NCBI RefSeq assembly: GCF_964355755.1
Contig: NC_092673.1
Coordinates: 2,976,001 to 3,040,000 of the forward strand
Direction of reading: 5' to 3'
Length of the DNA: 64,000 bases
Source: Antedon mediterranea
Taxonomy: Eukaryota; Animalia; Echinodermata
The notes under the pieces were generated by a model that was given only the letters and a program-made list of their open reading frames with translations, made no database searches and had not been told where the DNA came from. Position 1 is the stretch's first letter. Every line of letters begins with the position of its first letter. Both the position numbers and the translations under genes were made by a program. Below are positions 48,363 to 59,062 of the stretch, in pieces.

Positions 48363-48823
48363 AAAGCAAAAATACATCAAATTGCAATGTTATAATATAA
48401 GTTATATTTATATAGAAGTAAAGGCCAAATTATAATTATGCTACTTCTTATTTTACTTAACGTACCAAGTAAACCATAGAAATAAAAAAGGAACCCATTT
48501 AATTCGCACGCGTACTTAAGCTCTGTCTACACTATCAAACTTATATGATAAAAAAATGTGGTGTGCCCATATAGACATGATGATATCATATCACTACCAT
48601 ATTTTGGTACATCATACTTTTTGGTCAAACTAGTTTAATAGTGTAGACAGAGATTAAACGTGTATGACGATTACGTTCAGTGGACGGCTTCAATGTTTCT
48701 AATCTAAGGCAAGTCCTGTACGGGTGTGGTTGAAAACCATGGTGTTCAAACACAACGGTAATCCTGCCATTGACTATGGTTATCGTTGCCGTACTTGATT
48801 GGAAAGAAGCTGGCGACACGCCT

Positions 48824-50308
48824 TTACCATGGTAATGGTTTGTTGCCAGACGATGACAACCCAATGTCATTGCGTGTTACATCTGACCGTTGACTGCCCA
48901 CTTGAGAGGAGGAAAAACTACCATTTCCTTCATCTTCGCTTACATCTATGCTGTAGCTATCTAGTTCATGTTCACTAACATTGACCACACCAAAGTGTTT
49001 GAAAACTGTTCCACCATTAAGACGAATTCCCGATGTATTTCGTTTGATTGTCGATATTCCATTTACGGTTTCTTTAATATTTTGGCCTATAACAGTTAAC
49101 TGGAGACCGCTTGATGTAGCGAACAACACCGGTACCTGGTAAGCAGTACTCGAATCTTCAGGTTTTGTATTGACATTTTTAAAATCGAATGGTAGATCAT
49201 TTCTCTTGTGCATGATGACTTCTTGATGTCTTGCGTGGACGGTTGCGATGTGGTTAACACGACAGAAAAGCACATGCTTCATTTGACGTCTGATTTCAGG
49301 CCAGAGTATAGGTATAGAAACAGGTATTACTGCTGGATACGAAAGCTTTATTATTGTCAGCAATGAGCTGATATACGTGTAAGAGTTGCTACTTGATAGG
49401 TAAATACAATCCACAATGTGGTATGGTGCGCGAAGGATGAACCACAGTAGAAGTATAATACCAATATTCTTCACACTCTTTTTGTCTCTAAAAATGTCAA
49501 TGTTCCGGAGTTCACTCTGGTAACTAGCATCCAGTCCAATAGATTGACCGTTTACCTTCATCTGCTTTCGTATAACAACAACATACAAACAAATGGTGAG
49601 AGTCAGGGGAATTGCATACGAGAATATTCCAACAGATGCCATATAAGATACGGGCACTTCTTGCGTTACTGAACAACCGTAACGCGTTTCACAATAATCC
49701 ACTTCTATGACAGACGATAATATTGCAGCAGCAGATATAAAAGAATGAATCGAAACATAACTAAATATAAAAATACATTTTGAGTAAGTACAGCACTTTA
49801 TGTAAAACGCTGGTTTTTGCATAGAAAAGAATTGATCAGTTGCTAAAAACAGCAACGCAATGACGTCTGCCACGCTAAAAAATTCAACGAAAAACGCGTT
49901 AACGCGACAGAAGGCGTTACCAAAATCCCAGTATCCAGTTACGGCGACAGCAAAGCTAACCATTAGCACGAAGATGCTTTCGCATAATTGAATGATGCTT
50001 AAATTCACAATAAAATGGAACTTAATAACTCCTTTAAATTGCCTTGATCGAAATAAAGTTATTATAACCCATATATTTCCAATTATTGCAATCACGATGA
50101 ACATGAATAAAACGAATTTAACAACAACAGAGATGGGCGGAATGTCTTCTTCTTCTTCCATAGAGATTGTGGACGGCAAGCTAGTACTACTATTTGTATT
50201 CATAGTCTTATTGCAGTGTGTAGTTGGAATAGTTTCATTATTGTACATTTCTATATACGTTCCTGTTGTATTAATATTATCAGCCATTATTGTTGTTGTA
50301 ATATCCAT
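48824..50308 (-). CDS. Intronless orphan rhodopsin-family GPCR (GPR161/GPR101-like), long C-tail
   Basis: Seven TM segments, several N-terminal sequons, GN in TM1, WDFGNAFC in ECL1; DRY is replaced by DQF and NPxxY is absent. First ATG is at 50308. Confidence 0.82.
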   Translation of the reverse strand: MDITTTIMADNINTTGTYIEMYNNETIPTTHCNKTMNTNSSTSLPSTISMEEEEDIPPISVVVKFVLFMFIVIAIIGNIWVIITLFRSRQFKGVIKFHFIVNLSIIQLCESIFVLMVSFAVAVTGYWDFGNAFCRVNAFFVEFFSVADVIALLFLATDQFFSMQKPAFYIKCCTYSKCIFIFSYVSIHSFISAAAILSSVIEVDYCETRYGCSVTQEVPVSYMASVGIFSYAIPLTLTICLYVVVIRKQMKVNGQSIGLDASYQSELRNIDIFRDKKSVKNIGIILLLWFILRAPYHIVDCIYLSSSNSYTYISSLLTIIKLSYPAVIPVSIPILWPEIRRQMKHVLFCRVNHIATVHARHQEVIMHKRNDLPFDFKNVNTKPEDSSTAYQVPVLFATSSGLQLTVIGQNIKETVNGISTIKRNTSGIRLNGGTVFKHFGVVNVSEHELDSYSIDVSEDEGNGSFSSSQVGSQRSDVTRNDIGLSSSGNKPLPW

Positions 50309-50903
50309 TTTCAAGTTTGTCCGTGCATGACGACATCGTATCGATATACAAATTCCATACTATTAGTTCTGATATTTCCAGATTAGCAGTAGCATCTTTC
50401 TTTGAATAAAAAACGAAAAAGTATATAATATATAAATAAATATGTAGGCCTAGGCCTATTAAAGGAAAACACAATAACAGTGCTGTTACATAGAAGGATT
50501 GGATGCAGTATAAGCACACGGTAAACTACGTTTTAATGCAATTGCTATATGTTTCTGCTGATTCACAAATCACAACATAAATATAGTATGATGTTTAATC
50601 AAATAGTTTACGCCATGCTCTGTCACTAGGCTACTAACTGCTTCCTGGAATTGATTGAAATGGCAAAAGGCTACTAAAACTAATATAACGAACGTATTAG
50701 GCCTATTAAATATTTTTTCATAACGCGGTTTATTATACAGATGTGGTTCATTAACATAAACGGTCCAATAAGAATTACTCTCTTCTTAAGAAGAAATATG
50801 TATACTATAAATAATAGGCCTAGATACATCATTTAATATCCGTATTTTCTACATGTAGCTAACGCTAAAGGTAATGTACTTGACCTATACGCAATTACGT
50901 AAT

Positions 50904-51250
50904 AGATGGATAGAATTTGTTGGATGCAGATAAGACTCTGGTAACGTACATATTTTATCCCTACATTTTAAAATACGGCTAATTATCATATTATTAGCCT
51001 AGAAATGACATGTAATATTGATATATAATTGAGCACATAACAAATGTCATTTTAATTACCTTAAATACAACATAGTATGGATAGAATTTATCGGATACAG
51101 ATGCGACTATACTCTGGTAACGTACATATTTTATCCCTACATTTTAAAATACGGCTATTTATCATATTATAAGCCTAGAAATGACATGTAATATTGATAT
51201 ATAATTGAGCACATAACAAATGTTATTTTAATTGCCTTAAATACAACCTA
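50904..51250. repeat. ~172-bp tandem duplication upstream of the orphan GPCR
   Basis: ATGGATAGAATTT...ACTCTGGTAACGTACATATTTTATCCC...CTTAAATACAAC occurs twice. Confidence 0.9.
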
Positions 51251-53611
51251 CCTTGGAAAATGCTGCATCATTTATATCTTCTTAGAGACTATAATGTATT
51301 GGCAGCAGCAGCATGTACTTATCATCTCCTTGGGTTTTGTTGTGTTAATATCGATTGATCCGTGAATACTATATCGTTTGCATGACAAAAGAGTTTAATA
51401 ATACAACGGGTCACATGTAAAGGCTGAATTATTTTAAATAATATATAGAGATAAAAATGTGGATAATATTTTGTATTACTGTGCCGGATGTCGTATTCAT
51501 ATTATTTAAAAACACACTTTCCGGGTACCGTATATTATTTTCATTGTAAAAAAAAATATCATACCTATAACGTTTCAGGTTTTGATTCTTAAGCTCTGTG
51601 TCTACACTGTCTAGTTTGTGTGTGCCTAAGTGTGATGTGCCTAAATATGGTAGTGATATGACATCATCATGTCCATATATTGGCACATCATAATTTGTCG
51701 TTAATAAAGTTTGATAGTGTAGACAGAGCTTAACAGAAAACTGTCAGTGTAAACGGTAATGTTTTACATTGGTATGATTATTATAAGGACTTTAATTATG
51801 ATCATAGGCTAATCATGGAGCTATACAATTAAGCTCTATGGGCTAATCAACCGATTACAATGTATAACTACAATGGATTCAATCTCACCTTTTTATTCAA
51901 GAAACGCCTACAGGCCAATTTACACGGACGAGCGGTAACGGTAAGCGGAAAACCGCGTAGCTTGTCCCACGTAGTATCGATATCTATCTTGAGCGGAAAC
52001 CGCCCGTTGGTTCCGCGGTGTGTGTAAATTGTCATAAGGAATAACATAGATTCTATATTTTTATCGCCGTTATCGCCCATCTGTGTAAATTGGCCTAAAT
52101 AAATGTGGATACGTATCATCATTATGCCCAATAATCAAATAAATATGCATACATTTCAACATTTTCATTCGCATTTCTGTGAAACGCTAAACGCATGAAT
52201 ATTGTGCGAAAACGAACTATTTGAGGTAAAAGGTTACCGTACTAAGCATAAAATACACACGAGGCCATTATGAAATTTAAAGTACTGTAATGTTTCTTCA
52301 CTCTAAAACTGATGAGGTTGAGGTTTCGTTTGCTTTTATTTATGGAATTTAATAATAAATAATAAATTCCTCAATTGTTCCATTTTCAAAGGTAACTTTA
52401 TTTTGTGAAAAAAAAATTAATTAGCGATTGATTTTACAATAAATTGAAATAGCCGTGTCTGTTTGTATTACAAACTAACTATCGATCAAGTTAAGCTTAA
52501 TTTAATCCTTCCTCAACTTTTGGCCTTTAAAGAAACACTATAGTAGGTTAATTTATCTACTCAATAAACTAGACATTCTATCGATTGTGTATTCAAATAT
52601 CAAGAGATGATAGACGTACGGAAAACCTTTAAAATTATATGAACAACAACAAGTATTTTTCTCACACGAAGTTTTGGACAATTTTAAAGATCGAACTGGA
52701 TTTAGCCTAAGTAGCGATGTGACTGTGAATTCTGCATGTTACATTGCGCTTTGTGGTAAAACAATAACATGTTTCGCACTTTTTCTACAGTAGGCTACTG
52801 TCACATTTTGCCCGTCACGTTGTAATACATTGAGTTGTCGCAGTTTGTAACTATATCTCACTTTGACAGTTTTATAATTAAACTCAATCTCTTACTGGGT
52901 CTTACTTATCTCGAAGTTGGAATATGTGATCATGGAAAAATGTCCTCATGTGATCATCTCTTTGACTTAGGCTGGGTTTACACTATCAAACATTTGTGAC
53001 AAAACAATGTGATATGCCCAAATATAGACATGATGATGTCATATCACTACCATATTCAAGCATATCACTACCATATTTGGGCAAATCACAATTTTGTGTT
53101 AAACAAATTTGATAGTGTAGACAGAGCTTTAATATATATTGGTACGTTCTTTTTTTAGCTGAATGTATTTTAGTGCCACAATTCTGATATAACAACGTAA
53201 CGAACGCTGTTTTCTAGTTATCAGCCAAAATATTATTATAAGTTCGATTATAATTGTGTTTACACTTGATAACAAAACAAATCTTGATCATTATTGATAT
53301 TAGTAGGCCTCAATAATTTATATTGAAAAATATGCCAAAATCGATTTGCCTCCAACCACGGATGATTTCGTTTTACCAATTATCCGGATGCAATGATAAA
53401 TCAACCATACAACAACACTTCATTAATTACAGTAAATTACATTTTAAACACATTTGCAACTGTGTATTAAGTCAAATGTACCAATGCATGTAAGGCTCTG
53501 TCTACACTATCAAACTTTATGTGACAACAAATGTGATGTGCCCATGTATGGACACAAAGATATCACTACCATATTTGGGCACATTTTTGTTTGATAGTGT
53601 AGACAGAGCTT

Positions 53612-53980
53612 AGCAGTGCCATAGTCTTGTTTCATCCCTATGCCATTATCTGGTTCCATGTCTATCAAAAGGATGTCAAGGCCTCTGGTGCCATGAACTG
53701 TCAATTATATTATACTCTTATACAATGTTGTCCATGGCCTTCCTCCTTTTCTCTTTCCTTCAACCTTCCTTCATTCTTTGAAGTTTGTTAGCTCTCAGTA
53801 ACGAAGTACTCTCTCTGGCCATACCAAAAGATAACAGAAACAATAAGGCGGCTAGACTAGAGACGGATACTGGTGTTATGCAGAGAGATAAACTCGTGGT
53901 CACAATGGCAGATAGGAAGTTATGGAGGAATCTAGTCATATACGTTCGGGTATGTCCCGGAACAAGTAAGTAAGTAATCT
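53612..53980. mobile_element. Two oppositely oriented RTE-like LINE 3' fragments
   Basis: Minus strand reads VEGKRKGGRPW (~53735-53765); plus strand reads MADRKLWRNLV followed by an (AAGT)n tail. Confidence 0.5.
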
Positions 53981-55019
53981 CTAACCTACTTAAAGCTCAG
54001 ATACAGGCATGAATTTTAAATATAATATTTGGTTAATTGTACATAAATCAAATATTTGTAACAGAAATCAAGACGAAAAAAAACGAATTTCCCTTAATAT
54101 GGTCAAATACAAAATTTGGCAAAATTCTTCCATAAAAACCAGGAAGACTTTTTTTCAGTAGTTAGGTAGTTAACCTAATGTAATGTCTGGTGACTCCCTA
54201 GACGGTGAAAAAAGATGGTGGATATACGGTGGATAATTTTTGCTATAGCATGAAAATAAAAATCTGAAGTTGAATAAAAATATCAGAAATGTAATATTCA
54301 ATATTTAGTCATCTGATAACATTTTTTACCACACCGTTTATTTTTCATAGCTTTTTAAAATGCCTCTCTATTTACAAAATTTGTGTACAAAAGAATAGAG
54401 ATTTTACTGTGTCTATCCCCCCACTGATAAGAAAGTGCTTATTTTCAACAAGCTCGTGTAACACAAATAAAATCCCAAAAATTATGAAACATAGGGGAAA
54501 CTATACATCGATATTTATTGGAATGTATGATCAATAGAAATGTTTTGCCCGCACATGGCCTTTAAAATATTGCAATTTTCTTTCTTTAGTGTATTCTTTT
54601 CATTTACATATTTGTATATAATGTTTTAATTTTCTGCATCTTTTAACGGAATTTGTAGAATATTAAATTGACATAAACAAAGAGCAAAACAATTTAAGTG
54701 TTTAGTATTTGTAACTTTTAATATCATTTTCAAATAAAATAAATCTATCATTTAAGATACAAGGTAAAATAAAAAAGAAACATTCATCCAATCACAAAGC
54801 AGAATATATATAGAGTTAAGAGATATATTAATATATATAATAATAGAGTATAATCAGGCCTACATATTTGAATACAAATTATTTATCAACAATTCTTTTT
54901 TAATTTATAGGCTGGACAGATTTAACTGAATTAAATATACTGTATATATTTTATTGAATATTACAAAATGAAGGCACAACCTGTATTTTAAGTTGTCAAT
55001 ACAAAAACCAAAGCTAGGC

Positions 55020-57489
55020 CTAACGTTCAAGTTGTACTAAGGCAGGGAATGTTCTCATTCGAAGCCTTTCTACCTCTGCTCTCAGTACAGCTACTTCTTG
55101 TGCTTGGGCTTTGGCCAGATCAACAAGTTTTCTTCTCTGTACAATGTCTTTCATTCTTTTCTCAGCTGCTGTTTCATCTCTGGCTGAAGCTATATTTAAA
55201 AAGAACTTCTATTTATATAAACCTTACAAAAGAACTTCATAAAACCTTTTCACCATGAAAGCCTTTTGTTTTTAAGTACAGAAATGGCAATTGAAGACTA
55301 TATCCATGTCTTATCCTTAAGCTCTCTCTGCACAAACTAGTGTGACAAAAAAGGTGTGATGTGCCCAAATATGGTAGTAATATGACATCATTGTTTGTTT
55401 GTTTGTTTTATTAGTTTCTCCACACATTTTAAAATAAAAGATAAAAATTACAAATTGCAAAAAGAAAATCATCATCATCATGTCTACATATGGGCAAATC
55501 ACATTTTGATAGTATAGACAGAGCTTAAGATGAAGAACAAAGTGAAAACCCCATATTGCACATTCAACAGTCAAATTGAAAAGTTTAAATAATTTTAATT
55601 ATTAAAAATGCAATTTTGTGCATAGCTACTGTTTAAAATAACTCCCTCCTGGGGACGATCAAAGCATATTGATCGAAACGTCGAGAAACTCAACAGTTCT
55701 TTTCAGAACTAATACACGTGGTGTACCGCAAACTTTATATCAACAAAAGCTTTCTTACCGTTAACCTCATTGATATGTTTCCGTTCAGACACGCATACTA
55801 TCATTTCTTGCAGTTCGCCTTCCACTTTTGTATTTTCTTGTTCTTTCTTACGGATGCCTTTCCGTAGTGTGGATAGTATAGCTTTCTTTTCTTTAACATT
55901 TTTTTCATGATGCTAATAAAACCCAGAATAGAAGTTACAAACACTTTGTACAACACAACTAGACTGTTGCACTTTCAAAAAACAAATCTGTAGTGTGTGC
56001 AATCTATAGCTTTTCTACTCCGCATCCAAAATCGTACAGTTGCGTTTTTTTAAAGGCTCAATGTAAATGTAAATACATAGCCATAAAATCGGCAAGGGTT
56101 TGGGGCTCATTTGCTCCATGGTTCTGTTGGTAGAATGTGTTTTCTCGGTTACGCACTATACACCATAAGTCCAGTGTACACATCTAGCTCACGTGCACTT
56201 TAAAGAACCTAGTACATCTTTCAAGACGAGTATAGAGTAACCCCGGTGTACTAGTACATCACAGCCACTAATCATAACTGGGCCCTCTGGGAAACCAGTC
56301 TTTCACTGAAGAGGTTACCCAGTATAAATTAAAAAAAATAAATATAAATGATGATGACAATAGTTACCCCTCTTTGGTTATCCAGGGTTTGTTCTAATGC
56401 ACTGATCTCCTGTTGTTTCCTTGCTTCATGATCATCATTGTGGAGATACTAAAATCAAAACAAACGAATTTATGATTTGTTAACACTTGAGAATGATTTT
56501 CCAATAAGTGCAGTTTTATGCACAAATCAAAACCATGGTATGCACATGTGTATTCATATTTTCAATAAAAAAAATTCGCAACCAATCAGTTCAGAAATGA
56601 TTCACATGATTAGATTTGTCTACGAGAAAACCAAAAGTAATTGGTGAGATGTTTTGTCCTAATAATTTGTCAGAGTAGAGCAAAACATCTGACCAATTAC
56701 TCGAACACCCTGACGCAAAGCTACTCCAAAGTAGTCACAAACAATTACAAAAACAAAAAGAAATTGATTCAACTCACATCTTGTATTTGTCTAGAAACCT
56801 TCAACATCTGAATGTCTTTAGCTCTGTTCAGTAAATCTTCTATCTCCATCACCATTTTCTTGTGCTCCCTTTAAAAAATGAAGAATGTTAAAATGATTGT
56901 TGATATAGATTTGAAGGTCGTGATGGCATTTTGCATCCATCAACCTCATGGATGTTGTGGAGAATGTGTCTTTGCTGGGAATATTTCACTTTTGTATCTT
57001 TATTCACAATTCACAATTTCATTTACAATGTTCAATAGTGTACCAAAAGAAGCGGGTGCTTGCAGTTTGGTAAGTACATACATGCCAGACAACATTCATA
57101 AACAAAAAACAACATGGATCGCCCACGACCGGTCAGCACCGTTTGGAGTCGGAATTAGATGGCATACCATTGTGAAGACCATGTATCACAACTCAGTGCC
57201 ATTTGACCAAAGATGATTAGTGATATCAAAGTTTGTATTCTCAGTGAATCTGACCAGCGAATTTGGAATTGCATCATTCATTCATTCATTCATTCATCTT
57301 TTATTTCGGAAAAAAAAAATTCTCCAATTCTCAGTATTACTTCTTGTAGGTTTTTGGTATATATGACACTAAGATGTTTGTATCAAATGTTCTGTTAATG
57401 TTGCTCTATACTTACCACTCTAGTATGTGAATTCCTTTCCTGAAGTCTTTACTCTCTGTCATTGCTGACATCTTTTGCTCTCCCAATTG
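55020..57489 (-). CDS. CFAP43: Cilia- and flagella-associated protein 43 (WDR96), last five exons
   Basis: Exons 57489-57416, 56868-56778, 56448-56368, 55912-55759, 55189-55020. ESKDFRKGIHILEWEHKKM, DIQML, VSERKHI and EVERLRMRTFPALVQ match the CFAP43 C-terminus as recalled. Upstream exons lie beyond the window. Confidence 0.93.
56100..56345 (+). mobile_element. SINE (5'-truncated) with Deu/Nin-like domain
   Basis: GTGCACTTTAAAGAACC...GAGTA...ACCCCGGTGT core and an A-rich tail; second copy at 36230-36350. Confidence 0.6.
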
Positions 57490-57576
57490 CTAAGAAGAAT
57501 TAATACATTCATAATTGATACATTAATAATTGATAATGAAAATACTACAAAATTTCAAGAGAATATGTAATATATA

Positions 57577-57985
57577 TGTAGCGATACTCTAAAAGCAGTA
57601 TTATTATTTTATTGTATTTAAGTTCATATTTACTTAGTAGCTTGTATATCCTCAATGATCATGCCTTAGTTTGATTTTACACATTCCAATCTCTGAATTA
57701 ATTAAGACTGTACCTCCTTTATCTAGGTTTCCATAACAACTGGTCCATTTTGTGGGTTTTGTGGTGGGGAATAAGAAAGTTTTATAGCCTGTGTTATCTA
57801 GAAATACTGTGAAATTGGATAGATGAGTCAGATCTGTGTAGTTAGTATTGAGTTTTAAAAGTAAGCAGTTGTGTTATAATTAATAAAAGCATTTTGTATT
57901 GGAATTCTGTGTTTTATCGATTTTGTAGCTGAAATTGAGAACCTGGGTTTAAGTTATCATTGTCATTATTTTGTGAAGAGCTACA
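57577..57985 (+). repeat. 5' LTR (409 bp)
   Basis: TG...CA ends with a 6-bp inverted repeat; AATAAA near 57882; first 204 bp identical to 63797-64000. Confidence 0.95.
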
Positions 57986-57987
57986 AT

Positions 57988-58005
57988 TGGTGCCGTGACC
58001 AGGAT
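57988..58005 (+). other. Primer-binding site, tRNA-His
   Basis: TGGTGCCGTGACCAGGAT is near-complementary to the eukaryotic tRNA-His 3' end (expected TGGTGCCGTGACTCGGAT). Confidence 0.85.
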
Positions 58006-58033
58006 TTTTTTGTTAAACAAATTTTAATCTACA

Positions 58034-59062
58034 ATGGAATATACTGTATTGGATATGACAGGATATGAAGATACCCGATGTGAAACTGTTCAACCAGAAA
58101 ATTCGCCATTGTGGGAGAGAAATAGTTACTATACTACCCCGATGAGACCGGATGTGTCTCAAAGCCTAGAAACTCCAGGCCAACCTCGATTACCAAGACC
58201 AGTTCAGGGGTATAATACAGCGGTAAAACCATTATTACCAGTGCCAAAATCAGTACAAATTTACACCCCGGCACACCAACTAAAAGGAGTACCAATATTT
58301 ACGGGACAATCACCCAACCTACTGATTGAGGATTGGACCAGAGATGTTCAACATATCTTAAGCTGTAGCAACATGCCTAGTCACCTACAGTTTTCAACAA
58401 TAGTTAGAAATCTGGGAGGAACTGCACGGAAGCTGGTGTTGAACTTACCGAGAGAATGCCAGACACCAGAAAGAGCATTCAAAGAACTAAAAGAACAATT
58501 CGGAAATGTGTCCTCTGGTGACCCCTTATCTGATTTCTACCAGAGAACACAAAGACAGGGTGAGTCTGCTAGTTTTTATGCCATTGAACTAGAAGCAGTA
58601 TTACGAGATGTGGAGGAGAAACTTGGGCGAGGTCCCATGTATGAAAGGGATCGAATGTTGACACAACAATTAATGCGGGGAATGTACGATCAAGAAGTAG
58701 TTGGACGAATAGCGCCCATGAGACCGAGGTCTATGACATTTCATTCTGTTCTATCAGAGATAAGACTACTAGAACGAGAACGAAAGCAGCAACCGTGCGC
58801 ACCACACCTAGTAGCCCCTCCCATAACGCCGACAAATATTAAAGGTTCCGGTGAGGACGCGTCCATGCACAGATTAGTTACGGAGATGAAGAGGAAAATA
58901 AGCTTTCTTACCGCTAAACTTGAGGCAAAGGAAGCGGCGCAGCAACGGCCCAACACGACACAACCTAGGGCACTAGAATGCTACGGCTGCGGCCAAATTG
59001 GACACATTCGACGATTTTGCCCAAATGCGCCGACGGGAAACGGCAGGTCACCACAACAGTAG
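58034..59062 (+). CDS. gag: Gag (PNMA-like capsid, CCHC zinc knuckle)
   Basis: 342-aa ORF; FYQRTQRQGESASFYAIEL major-homology-like region; CYGCGQIGHIRRFC knuckle. Confidence 0.93.
   Translation: MEYTVLDMTGYEDTRCETVQPENSPLWERNSYYTTPMRPDVSQSLETPGQPRLPRPVQGYNTAVKPLLPVPKSVQIYTPAHQLKGVPIFTGQSPNLLIEDWTRDVQHILSCSNMPSHLQFSTIVRNLGGTARKLVLNLPRECQTPERAFKELKEQFGNVSSGDPLSDFYQRTQRQGESASFYAIELEAVLRDVEEKLGRGPMYERDRMLTQQLMRGMYDQEVVGRIAPMRPRSMTFHSVLSEIRLLERERKQQPCAPHLVAPPITPTNIKGSGEDASMHRLVTEMKRKISFLTAKLEAKEAAQQRPNTTQPRALECYGCGQIGHIRRFCPNAPTGNGRSPQQ

Noticed and set aside
58978-59034. ATG at 58978 as the pol start
   Set aside because: It lies within the gag zinc-knuckle codons; the slippery site and pseudoknot just downstream explain pol expression better.
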